This document shows positions 25,749 to 37,789 of a stretch of DNA of 64,000 nucleotides, in pieces. A program made the position numbers and the translations under genes. Origin of the DNA: Chiloscyllium plagiosum (lineage: Eukaryota); the NCBI RefSeq assembly GCF_004010195.1, contig NC_057719.1, positions 44,549,678 to 44,613,677 on the forward strand, read 5' to 3'. Position 1 is the stretch's first letter. Every line of letters begins with the position of its first letter. Under the pieces are notes generated by a model. It was not told the origin of the DNA. It worked only from the letters and a program-made list of their open reading frames with translations, and ran no database searches.

Positions 25749-27017
25749 ATGAAGGAAACATTTTGGGAATGGTGGTCAATGTTTGAAAGATGCAAATGTA
25801 TTGGTGGTCTTTTGAGTAGCTGACTCTGATAGCCTTGCCACAAAGAATGGGGTAGGTATTTGAAACCTGGTGACAAACAACTGTATGCTTGTAGAGATTT
25901 AGTAGTCAGAATAGCTGAGATTATTGTTTATAGTCACCTGAGGGAAGAAAATCTGAAAGATCTTTGTTATGTCATTCCAACCATAGAATAGGACTTTGGA
26001 TTAATTGCCGTCCAGATGATTAGTCTGCAGTAAACAAAATGAAAATAAAAAGATCTCCTAAATGGATGATTAGAAATACATAGCTGATATTTACTTTGAC
26101 AAAACTATTCATTAAAGGATCTTCTGAAGTAAGATTTGCTTAAGTATCTCAACAGAACTGTGATCATATTCATTGCCTATTAATGTTAAATGTTTTATTC
26201 ATTTCCTGTCCAGCTTGTCGCTATCCCTACAAGGAAACCTGCTTTGCCATGACTAAGTATGGGGTTTATATTGTATGTGGTCCCAGGCTCCTCACAGGTG
26301 ACTGTCCACATTCTTTACTAAGCATAATAGCTGCACCCTAAATGTGTTACAAACATTACTCATCTGTGCCTTCTGAACCATTGACCTTCTGACTTGTTAA
26401 CATCATCTGTGTTACCTGCCATTCCTTGTATTCATTCACTTTGATGGGATGGTATCCTGACATCACAACAGCTAGGAATGATGGGCTGCTCATTTTGTTT
26501 TCTATGACTGCTGAATAGAGATGCCTAGGTATGGCCACAAGTGTACACAACCAGTTATTTGGAGTCAAAAATACGTGTTGTGCAGCAGCAATTTCCGCTA
26601 CCCACAATCTTTCTGATTGCGTTGCTTATCAGGGGGATCAAGGGTATTAGCCCTTTCAAACACTTCCGAGATGTCTCAACATGACATTATCATAAAAACC
26701 AAAAGAAAATTGCTTTTGCTACCATAATACCAAAAAAAACCTTTTAATATTACAAGTATGGTATGGCTAATTACAATGATTTAACTTTCATTGTAATTAT
26801 AAACCAATGTGTGTGTTTACAAATAAAATGCAACTTCTTTCATATAAAGGTTTAAGAGCAGGGTTAAAAATAAAATTCAGATTTTTGGATTATAGCTGTT
26901 TTAAATGGCATTTAATTTGCTTAACTTTAACAGTTGTACTAGTTTTGTTCATGTACAGATTAGTGAAAAGGTCTCTTTACTTAAGTGTTTATAGTTGCTT
27001 TTTGTTTTGTTTTTCAG

Positions 27018-27146
27018 CTGTAAGGATGGAGAGTTTAGAAAATATCAAGGCCCTAGACTGAAGAACGACTTTATTGACTTTATAGATGGAAAGAAATGGG
27101 AATCCATCGAACCAATGTATTCTTGGTTGCGACCCTCCTCATTTTT
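27018..27146 (+). CDS. TMX1: TMX1 coding exon 4
   Basis: ttttcAG acceptor, 129 nt, HCKDGEFRKYQGPRLKNDFIDFIDGKKWESIEPMYSWLRPSSFL, donor GTAAGT. Confidence 0.95.
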
Positions 27147-27389
27147 GTAAGTTTAAGTAATCCAGATTACAATGTAGTATTAGTTTTCTAATTCTGAGTA
27201 AGTTATATTTCTTAGTTTTATTGTTATTTATTATTTCTTAATATTGTAAGTTACTTTACAAGATATTATTTAAAAGGTTTGACACCAATTAAAACTACTG
27301 AGGCCTATTTTATTGTTTCCCAGGGTCCAATCAATATTTGAACATGATCCGAAACACTGATTTTATTGTGATTGATAGCATTTATTATC

Positions 27390-28650
27390 ATTCCTTAACT
27401 ATGCTTGAGGAAGTGGTGGTGAGCTGACTTCTTGAACCCATGTAGTCCTTGGGATGTTAGGAAGTGAGGATTTGGAACCAACACAGTGAAAGAATGGATG
27501 GTGTGGATGGCTTCAAGGGAAATTAGCAGGTGGTGGTGTTCCCATATATTTGCTGCCCTAATCCTTAAGTGTTGGTGGAGAAACCTTGGTAATCTACTGC
27601 ATCTTGCAGATGACACACTGTTGCTACTGACCATTGGCTGTGAAAGAAATTAACGCCAAAAGTGATGGTTGAGGTAAAGTTAAGCAGGTTCTTTATTCTG
27701 GATGTTGTCAAGTTTGTTGTGATTACCACTGCATCCATCCAGTGGAGAGCTTTGTATCATACTCCTAACTTGTACCTTGTAGATGGTGGAAAGATGTTGG
27801 GAAAGCAGCAGATGGATTACCTGCTGTAGAATATCTAGACCCTGACTTGATCTAGTACATTTAGTGTTTTTTTGACTGGTCTAAATTCAGTTTCTTTTAA
27901 CTTGTACCCTCCTCCAGGATGTTGATAATGGGATTTTCAGTGGTAGTAGGTACTTACCGTTTGCCAGTCCATGTCTGGATGTTTCCTGATATTGCTGCAT
28001 ACAAACACTGGCTTCTTTGGTATCTGAGGTGTTTGTAATGGTGCTGTAGATTTATGCAACCATTAATGAACATCTCCAATACTGTCCCTATGATGGAATG
28101 AAGATCATTGATGACGGAGCTGAAGATGATTCGGCCTAGCACACGTCCCTGAGAAGCTCCTGCAGTGGTGATCTGGGCTTTGATGTTTGACCTTCAACAA
28201 GCACAGCCATCTTCCTTTTTGCTATGTATGATTCCACCCACCCGAGACACTTTCCCCAGATTCCTCCAGTTTTGGCAGGCACCGTGGAGTGCAACTATTT
28301 TATGCATGTTTGGACCAAGGTTATAATGAGGCCAGGAACTGAATGGGCCTTGTGGAACTTATTGTTCCTTTGCAAATGGCAATTGATGGTATTGTTGATG
28401 AGGAAGAGTAGACTGCTACGATGGTGATTGGCGAGTTGGTTTTTGCTTGCTTTTTGTTCATAGCACATTTCTGGACAATTTACTACATTGTTGGGTAGAC
28501 ACTGGTGTTGCAGCTTTACTGGAACAATTTATCTCAGTTGTGGCTAGTTCTGGAGCACAAGTGTTTAGTCCTATTGCTGGAATATTGTCAGGGCCCATAG
28601 TCTTTTTTTATTATATCTAGTGCCTTCAGCTGTCTCTTGTGATCATGAAA
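27390..28650 (-). mobile_element. Old LINE (CR1/L2 group) 3' part; appears to resume at about 33447-33730 after the younger CR1
   Basis: Reverse-complement similarity to 53540-54065 (aaggcagctcac.accac.ttctcaag); RT-like gatgattcggcctagcacacgtccctgag segment. Confidence 0.6.
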
Positions 28651-31600
28651 CTGACCTCACCATGTGCTGCCTTTGCCTGTTCCTCACCCTTTTAAAAGTG
28701 CCAGATGGAGGATGGGAAATATTTCTGGCTGTAACAGGCTGCTCCTTTTTTGTTTGAGGTATTTTAGGTGTTGGAAGTGATTTTCTTGAATTCCAGGAGC
28801 AGCAATTACTGTTTTACAAGCTGTTGCATTGTTTTGGAACTTCGGGGGAAAAAAAAGTCAAAACAATGGCACTTTTAAAAGGGTGAGGTACAGACAAAGG
28901 CAGCACCATGGTGAGGTCAGTGCAGGAGAGAGACAGAATGAGAGAAAGAAACCCACATTGCTAACTGACACAGCAGTGAACCTGCGCAGTTACTGCCTTT
29001 GCTGTTGAATTCATGTATTGCTGGACATCGGAGTGCATCTGGGAAAATTAACAAACAGTGAAATTTACAACTGATCTTGGAGGAACCTGTTTGGGAGAGT
29101 CACAGCACAGAAACACATATGTGAATGGTTTTAAGGGTCTTGCTGTAAGTCTGCAGTAGTGAATAGAGTGGGTTCTTTCTTGATTATATGTTTTATTGAG
29201 ATATGTCTCGATTAAACTTAAAAATATGAGCCATTAGTGTTAAGTTAACCTGGAACAGTGTTTTGTAGAGGAATAAGACGGTGCTATTTTCTGCTTCTGC
29301 AGATTGGAAGAAGCAAAAATGGTCCTTGGTAGAGTGATATGCTCTTTTTGTCAGATGTGGGAGTTTAGGGAGAGTTTACAGGTTACTGAAGATTATATCT
29401 GCAATAAATGCCGTTGGTTGCGAATCCTATCAGATGAAATTGAATGGTTGGAGCGACAATTAGAGGCAATGAGGAATTTACAAGACCTGGGGGGGGTGTG
29501 ATGGATGGCAGTTATAGGAAGGGAGAAAAGTCGCAGACACAGTCACATAGATGAGTTAACTCCAGGAAAGGTAAGAGAGATAGACAGGTAGTGGAGGGGT
29601 CTTCTGTGGCTATCCCATTTCAAACAAGTATACTGTTTTGGAAAATTTTGGGGGTGATGGATTCTCAGGGGAATGTAGCATGAACAGCCAAGTTTCAAGT
29701 ATTGAGACTGGCTCTAATGCAACGATGGGTATGTTGGGTTCCAAGAGATCGATTGTATTAGGGGACTCTCTAGTCCGAGGACTGACAGGTGTTTCTGTGG
29801 CCAGCAGCAAAAAATCAGAATAGTATGTTGCTTCCCTGGTGCCAGGATCAAGAATGTCTCGGACAGGGTCCAACAGGAGGTCATTGTACACATTGGAACC
29901 AACGACATAGGAAGGGAAAAGGTTGAGATTCTGAAGGGAGAATACAGAGTTAGGCAGGAATTTAAAAAGGAGGTCCTCGAGAGTAGTAATATCTGGATTA
30001 CTCTCAGTGCTACGAGCTAGTGAGGGCAGAAATAGGAGGATAGAGCAGGTGAACGTATGGCTGAGGAGCTGCAATATGGGAGAAAGATTCACATTTTGGG
30101 ATCATTTGGAATCTTCTGGGGTAGACGTGACCTGTACAAGAAGGACAGATTGCACCGAAATTGGAAAGGGACTAATATACTGGCAGGGAAATTTGCAAGA
30201 GCTGCTCGGGAGGATTTAAATTAGTAAGGTTGGTGGGGTGGGACCCAGGGAGATAGTGAGGAAAGAGATCAATCTGAGACTGGTACAGTTGAGAACAGAA
30301 GCGAGTCAGTCAGGGCAGGCAGGGACAAAGCAGAGAACAAGGTAGGACTGATAAACTAAACTGTGTTTATTTCAATGTAAGAGCCTAACAGGGAAGGCAG
30401 ATGACCTCAGGGCATGGTTAGGAACATGGGACTGGGATATCATAGCAATTACAGGAACATGGCTCAGGGATGGACAGGACTGGTAGCTTAATATTCCAGG
30501 ATACAAGTGCTACAGGAAGGACAGAAAGGGAGACGAGAGGAGTGGGAGTGGCGTTTTTGATAAGGCATAGCATTACAGCTGTGCTGAGAGAGGATATTCC
30601 TGGAAATAATCCAGGGAAGTTATTTGTGTGGAACTGAGAAATACGAAAGGGATGATCACCTTTATTGGGATTGTTTAATAGACCCCCTAATAGTCAGAGG
30701 GAAATTGAAAAATAAATTTGTTAGGAGATCTCAGTTATCTGTAAGAATAATAGGGTGGTTATGGTAGGGGATTTTAACTTTCCAAACATAGACTGGGACT
30801 GTTACAGTGTTAAGTGTTTAGATGGAGAGAAATTTGTCAAGCATGTACAAGAAACTTTTCTGATTCAGTATGTGGATGTACTTACTAGAGAAGGTGCAAA
30901 ACTTGACCTACTCTTGGGAAGTAAAGCAGGGCAGGTGAATGAGGTGTCAGTGGGGAAACACTTTGGGGCCAGCGATCATAATTCTATTTGTTTTAAAATA
31001 GTGATGGAAAAAGTTAGACCACACCTAAAAGTTGAAGTTCTAAATTTGAGAAAGGTCAATTTTGATGGTATTGGGCAAGAACTTTCAAAAGTTGATTGGG
31101 GGCAGATGTTCGCAGGTAAAGGGACGGTTGGGAGCGCTAGCTGGGAGAACAGCATTTCATTTTCTGCTTTATTGACCCTCTAGCCTACAAAATGAGATAA
31201 TGAGTCCAGAGACAGTATATTCTTGTTAGGGCGAAAGAAAAGGCTGGTAAGTATAGAGACTGTTGGAAGACTAAAGAAATTGAGGGTTTGGTTAAGAAAA
31301 AGAAGGAAGCATATGTCACGCATGGACAAGATGGATAGAATGAATCCTTAAAAGAGTATAAATGCAGTAGCAATATACTTAGGGAAATCAGGAGGGCAAA
31401 AAGGGAACATGAGATAGCTTTGGCAAATAGAGTTAAGGAGAATCCAAAGGGATTTTACAAATATATTAAGGACAAAAGAGTAACGAGGGAGAGAATAGGG
31501 CCCCTCAAAGATCAGCAAAATGGCCTTTGTGTGAAGCTGCAGAAGATTGGGGAGATTCTAAACAAGTATTTTGCATTAGTGTTTACTGTGGGGAAGGACA

Positions 31601-33446
31601 TGAAAGATATAGAATATGGGGAAATAGATGGTGACATCTTGAAAAATGTCCATATTACAGAGGAGGAAGTCCTGGCTCTCTTGAAAGGCATAAAAGTGGA
31701 TAAATCCCCAGGACAGGATCAGGTGTGTCCCAGAACACTTTAGGGAGCTAGGGAAGTGATTACTGGGCCTCTTACTGAGATATTTGTATCATTGATAGTC
31801 ACCGGTAAGGTGCCGGAAGACTGGAGGTTGGCTAATGTGGTGCCACTATTTAAGAAAGGGTAGTAAGGACAAGCCAGACAACTATAGACCAGTGAGCCCG
31901 ATGTCGGTGTTGGGCAAGTTATTGGAAGGAATCCTGAGGGACAGGGTGAACCTGTATTTGGAAAGGCAAGGACTGATTTGGGATAGTCAAAATTGCTTTG
32001 TGCATGGGAAATCATATCTCACAAACTTGATTGAGTTTTTTGAAGAAGTAACAAAGGATTGATGAGGGTTGAAAAATGTGGTGCTGGAAAAACACAGCAG
32101 GCCAGGCAGCATCCGAGGAGCAGGAGAATTGACGTTTTGGGCATAAGCCCTTCTTCAGGAATGAAGAATGAAGCTTATGCCCGAAACGTCGATTCTCCTG
32201 CTCCTCGGATGCTGCCTGGCCTGCTGCGTTTTCCAGCACCACATTTTTCAACTCAGGTACTCCAGCATCTGCAGTCCTCACTTTCTCCTAAAGATTGATG
32301 ATGGCAGAGTGAGAGATGTGATCAATATGGACTTCAGTAAGGCGTTCAACAAGGTTCCCCATGGGAGACTGGTGAGCAAGGTTAGTTCTCATGGAATACC
32401 AGGAGAACTAGCCATTTGCATACAAAACTGGCTCAAAGGTAGAAGACAGAGGATGGTCGTGGAGGGTTGTTTTTCAAATTGGAGGCCTGTGACCAGTGGA
32501 GTGCCACTAGGATCAGTGCTGAGTCCACTATTTTTCATCACTTACATAAATGATTTGCAGATGACTCCCAAAATTGGAGGTGTAGTGGACAGCGAAGATT
32601 ACTTCGGATTACAACGGGTTCTTGATCAGATGAGCCAATGGGCTGAGGAATGGCAGATGGAGTTTAATCTGGATAAATGCGAGGTACTGGATTTTGGGAA
32701 AGCAAATCTTAGCAGGACATATACACTTAAGGATAAGGTCCTATGGAGTGGTGCTGAACAAAGAAATCTTGGAGTGCAGATTTATACTTCCTTGAAAGTA
32801 GAGTCGCAGGCAGGTAAGATAGTGAAGGCGTTTGGTATGCTTTCCTTTATTGGTCAGAGTATTGAGTAAATGAGTTGGAAGGTCATGTTGCAGCTGTACA
32901 GACATTGGTTTGGCCACTTTTGGAATATTGTTTGCAATTCTGATTTTCTTCCTATCAGAAGGTTGTTGTGAAACTTGAAAGGGTTCAGAAAATATTTACA
33001 AGGATGTTGCCAGAGTTGGAGGATTTGAGCTGTAGGCAGAGGTTGAATAGGCTAGGGCTGTTTTCCCTGGAGTGTCAGAGGCTGAGGGGTGACCTTCCAG
33101 AGGTTTGTAAAATCATGAGCACGGATAGGATAAATAGACAATGCCTTTTCCCTGGGGTGAGAGAGTACAGAATTCGAGGGCATAGGTTTAGAGTGAGACG
33201 GGAAAGATATAAAAGAGACCTAAGGGACAACAGTGGTGTGTGTGGGGAATGGGCTGCCAGAGGGAGTGGTGGAGGCTAGTACAATTGCAACATTTAAAAG
33301 GCATTTGGATGGGTATATGAATAGGAAGTGTTTGGAGGGATATGGGCCGGGTGCTGGCAGGTGGGACTAGATTGGGTTGGGGTATCTGGTCAGCATGGAC
33401 AGGTTGGATCGAAGGGTCTTTTTCTGTGCTGTACATCTCTGACTAT
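28651..33446 (+). mobile_element. Near full-length decayed CR1 LINE in TMX1 intron 4 (5' UTR, esterase ORF1, APE-RT ORF2, tail)
   Basis: ORF1 from ATG 29319: CSFC...CNKC zinc finger, IVLGDSLVRG and VHIGTND (SGNH esterase). ORF2: VGDFNFPNIDW, LDLLL, SDHN, KSPGQD, NYRPVS, DFSKAFNKV, SGVPLGSVLSP. Many stops and frameshifts. Confidence 0.93.
32066..32292. mobile_element. Inverted pair of PLE 3' ends inserted into the intronic CR1
   Basis: Arms 32068-32148 and 32173-32252 are near-perfect reverse complements; 9-bp TSD GATTGATGA at 32057-32065 and 32293-32301. Confidence 0.9.
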
Positions 33447-34204
33447 GTGGAGTGAATTGAATTGGTTGGAGACTATAATCTGTAATACAAGGACCTCCAG
33501 AGGAGTGGATCCACTTGTCCATTCTGACTGAAGGTGGATCAAAATATTTAGCCTGGTCTTTTCCAGTGATGTGCTGGGTCCTCTCATTGTTGTGACATGG
33601 GATATTTATGGGCCCTTAACCTCTTAATGGTTTAACTTTCCATCAGCATTCACAACCGAATGTGGCAGGACTGCATACACTTGATCCATTGGCTGTGGTA
33701 TGCTGAGCTCTGTTTAGTCCAACTCTTAATTCATTGTGTGTGATTCTTTATTACAGTAGAGAACAAAAAATGTTTGAGTGCAATCCTGAATGGTGGGTAA
33801 GCGTCCAAAAGCCAGAATGTGGCATATGCGTTGCACTCATCTGGAAAATAGTGAATGTAATGTACTTGGGGATAAGAAAGCAACTTTAAAAAGTTTCCCT
33901 TTAAATTTATTTTGTGGTATGCTGTCATTACATCCACATATCTGATTTGTAATTAGGTAAGAGCATTGATTGTTTAATAAAATTTGATGGGAGGTATATT
34001 TATTGCCAGATGCTATTCCTTGTAAACGTTGGTGTCTTCAGCTACTTTCAGATGTTGTTTTGGAGCTTGTGCATAATATTGAATGGTTTATCGTTCTCAG
34101 CATTTGCCAATTGATAGCTTTCCTCTGGTAGAATTCAAAACAAATGTTATCACGAATAGAATTTCTGTTACTATATTAATGTAGAAGGACTAAAAGAATA
34201 TTTA

Positions 34205-34335
34205 GTTCTGAACAAGAGTCACTGGACCAGAAGTGTTGACTCTGATTTCTCTCCACAGATGTTACCAAACCTTCTGAGTTTTCTAGCAATTTCTGTTTTT
34301 GTTCCTGATGTCTAGCACCTGCAGTTCTTTCTGGT
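34205..34335 (+). mobile_element. Decayed PLE 3' end, another subfamily
   Basis: ctgaacaagagtcactggaccagaagtgttgac (decayed hammerhead layout) followed by ctctccacagat...ctagcacctgcagttcttt; related copies at 37620-37755 (+), 42310-42400 (-) and 48484-48580 (-). Confidence 0.6.
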
Positions 34336-34421
34336 TTTTTTTTACTTAATTCTGTTCACCTAATTTATTAATCTCAGCCTTTTCCAAGGTGAGATGTGTT
34401 TGGTAATTGGCCCACATTCCT

Positions 34422-34513
34422 ACCTGAAGAAGGGCTTATGCCCGAAATGTCGATTCTCCTGCTCCTTGGATGCTGCCTAACCTGCTGCGCTTTTCCAGCA
34501 ACACATTTTTCAG
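34422..34513 (+). mobile_element. 92-bp PLE 3'-end insertion with hammerhead core, sense in TMX1 intron 4
   Basis: Perfect 10-bp TSD CCACATTCCT at 34412-34421 and 34514-34523; CTGAAGA-A-GGGCTTATGCCC-GAAATGTC. Confidence 0.9.
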
Positions 34514-34695
34514 CCACATTCCTTTTATCAATTTATAGCCCACAAGCCGTTAATGCTACTGGAACTTGACGTAAATCTTTCAGACTTTTGTATTTTTTCT
34601 AAATTTGTTCAAGTTGAATGACTAGCTATTTCTTTCTAAAATGTTTTAATCCTAATTGACTATTACTGATATCCTTGCTTTGATTTCCATTGCAG

Positions 34696-34741
34696 GATGA
34701 CTGGCATGTCAGCATTATTTCAGTTGTCTATGTGGATTCGT
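34696..34741 (+). CDS. TMX1: TMX1 coding exon 5
   Basis: tgcAG acceptor, 46 nt, LMTGMSALFQLSMWIR, donor GTAAGT. Confidence 0.93.
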
Positions 34742-35178
34742 GTAAGTTTTTTAAATTTTTGATTCTACTATTAACAGTTGTACTGTTTAATGCTGAATCA
34801 TGGTTCTTACAGTTTGGATATCTTTTTTCCTGTTCATTACATTATTATGATTTGTGTGCATGGAGAGCTCAAATCTCTTCTCTCCTCCTGGTACCTTGCC
34901 ATTTAAAAAATATTTCAATTTTTTGTTCAAGGATCTGAAGTCGATAATCTTGTACTTCCACATTATAAGCATACGTTATGTTGCCCAAGCCATTGTTAAA
35001 GCACATATAGTGTAATGCTAGACCCTGGTACGGATTTGAGGAATAGCATTTGTCAGAGAATATTCCCCTTTATTATACCTCAACATTCTTCTCTCAACCT
35101 TCTACCAATTTATTATCATTATTGGTGTAAAAGATTTCAGTTGAAGGCTAAAATAGTAATTGTGTATTTTAAGAAATA

Positions 35179-35770
35179 CAGAGGAACCTCGATTATCCGA
35201 ATACCAATTATCTGAAATCGGATTATCCGAAGGAGATCTCGAGGTCCTGATAGACATTACATCAAAGACTTGTTTCCAACAGATTGCATCTTTTGTTTAC
35301 AGTGATTAAACAGGCACCGTCTCCAAATGACTGACTGCCCGCTCTCACTCTCTACCCTCTACCCTCTACCCAAACCTTCCCTGGAGTGTTTGGAGACTTA
35401 TCCCACAAAGGCAGCTGCAGCAGTCTTTTTGTTGGTGTCCAGTCCAGCTGTCCTGGAGAGGGGGTGGGGGCGGTGCTGGACAGGGATGGGGGCGGGCGGG
35501 GGAGGTTCCAAGGGGCGGTGTTGGGCTGGGCAGGTGTGGGTGGGGTTGGGTGCAGTGGGGCGTTAGACGGGGTTGGGGAGCGGGAGTTGGCGGGCCAGAC
35601 TTAGGGTGGGGCCTCGTGCGTTGTGTGCTGCTGTAGTCTCCTGAACGGGGAGCAGACTGTTTTAAAAACTCCAAGCCCCAGAAGAAAGGCATTTAATTGA
35701 TTAACCGAATGATCGATTATCTGAACGAAATAGTGCCCGCCCATCTCGTTCAGATAATTGAGGTTCCCTG
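35179..35770. mobile_element. Non-autonomous Tc1/mariner (Tigger/pogo-like) MITE in TMX1 intron 5
   Basis: TA duplication at 35177-78 and 35771-72; TIRs CAGAGGAACCTCGATTATCCGAA and TTCAGATAATTGAGGTTCCCTG; subterminal GATTATC(C/T)GAA repeats. Confidence 0.88.
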
Positions 35771-36129
35771 TATTTTGGTGAACAGCAGTTGATATTTATA
35801 TACAATTGGCCTCTCCCAATTTTGTTAACTCGTTAACAGGAGCAATCAAGGCTACAACTGAAATGATTGTGTTTTTGTGTGTAAAAATGCATGGCCCCTT
35901 TTGATGATATGCTGTTCTTTAGCAATTCAAATAATTTTAAAAGTAATTCCATAGTTATGGGAAATAAATCCAGGCATCCTCCTACTTTTGTGTACTATAT
36001 TGATGTATTTGGGGGCCTTATTTTCTATGTCATGTTTGGCCTCTGTCATTGCCACTAACTGATTTAGTTATATGCTTTGGATTGTGGTTGCAATTCAAAA
36101 TTGCTATGGCATGTTTGTTTATTTTCTAG

Positions 36130-36231
36130 CATTGTCACAATTACTTCACGGAAGTTATCGGCATACCAGTTTGGGGATCATATAGCATTTTTGCTTTGAT
36201 AACGCTTATTTCTGGTCTTGCACTTGGATTG
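36130..36231 (+). CDS. TMX1: TMX1 coding exon 6 (transmembrane helix)
   Basis: ttctAG acceptor, 102 nt, HCHNYFTEVIGIPVWGSYSIFALITLISGLALGL, donor GTAAG. Confidence 0.95.
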
Positions 36232-37271
36232 GTAAGATTTACTAATTTGATTAGTAATAATTCCTAATTCCTCTAAGTCATAATTCAGATATGCAAAACA
36301 TTTTCAAATTATTGCTGAAAATTATGTCAGGAAATTAAATTGTCCACAGAATTAAAGTGAAAAAGTTGATAAACATATTATGTTTCTGCTTTGTTCCTAT
36401 GGTTTCACAGGTTTTCAACTTATGAATGGTAGCATCATATTTATATATCAGAAATAAGCATCTTACCATTAAAGAGTTTAATTGATCTGATGTCACAATT
36501 GAACTGATGTCAGACTTGCATTAGTTTGAATTTTGGCTGTGACTGGAATTGAGGAGGTTGATTTTCAGTATTTCCTTTATCATGCAAACTGCTTCACCTC
36601 ACTGGGAAAAAAAACTGTTCATCCTGAAATAGTATTTAAATAACTTGGAATCAACTTTCAACTCCATTAGCTTCATATAGTTGTCTCTGATGACAACTAT
36701 ATAAAGTAGACTTAGCGATGCTTGTTTAATTAGAGGTACTTTGTCTTGATGCCAATGACCATTGGCTACTGTGTGTACAATTTATCAAAGGTTGCCAATT
36801 TCAGTACGGTCGAGCTACAAATAACTGAAATTGTGGGCTGTATGTGTATTTCCATAAAAATGGGGCAGGTCACACCCTGATTGTAAGAAACAAGTATCTC
36901 TGCATTCATGCATAGGCAGGCAATTATCATTCTAAATTGTGACATGGACAGAGGATATTAGTCAGCAAACCAGCTATATGGCAGAAGCAGGCCTGTCTTG
37001 GATAGCAATACTTCAGTAATGCAAATGAACACTTGAATATCATTTATTGCAGTTAAGTTATGGCATACCATAGATTTGTTAGCAGTTATCCTATAAGGAT
37101 ATAGTCAAACAAATTTGTGCAAACTCCATATCATAGAGTGCTATCTTGACTAAGAGAAACTGAACTATGTAATTTAAAAAGTGAGTAACTTTTGTTATGG
37201 TTCACCAATGTAATTATTTGATGATAATTGGTTATTAGATTAAAATTTTTTAAAAATCTGCTTTATTTTAG

Positions 37272-37341
37272 GTTCTGGTCTTCGTGGCAGACTGTGTGTT
37301 GCCGTCGCGACGATATAGGCAACAACCATATTGTACCCAAA
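37272..37341 (+). CDS. TMX1: TMX1 coding exon 7 (end of TM, juxtamembrane Cys, basic patch)
   Basis: ttttAG acceptor, 70 nt, VLVFVADCVLPSRRYRQQPYCTQ, donor GTGAGT. Confidence 0.92.
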
Positions 37342-37789
37342 GTGAGTTTATCTTTTCTGTTTAACATACTTGCAGTAATGTTTGTGACTTTGAAGCAGCT
37401 GACTGTATGGTAAAGTCTCAAGTTCATAATGTTTGTGTAAGTTCACTATAGGAGATTGGTTTTTGAAAATTGGTTATCTTTCAGATCTGGTTATCTTTTG
37501 GTTCCATTATGAATATCGTTCAAGATTCTCTAATAGTAGCATTTAGATTTACGCATCCAAGATGATTGTATTTTGCCTACCACTTCAGATCTGAGCCTAT
37601 TGCGCTTGTCTCATTACCATCATACGGAAGCAGAGTCATATCGGACTCAAAACATTAATTGTGTTTCTTTATCCACAGATTCTACCAGGCCTGAGTTTCT
37701 CCAACATTTCCTGGATTTCCTATAAATTTCCAGCATCTGCAGTATTTTGCTTTTATTGGCTAGCCTCAATTTAAATCTTAAGTCACTCT

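Noticed and set aside
32168..32869. 233-aa ORF as an intact gene or active RT
   Set aside because: Chimera of a PLE tail and a CR1 RT fragment; the catalytic FADD region is deleted and the flanking frames are broken
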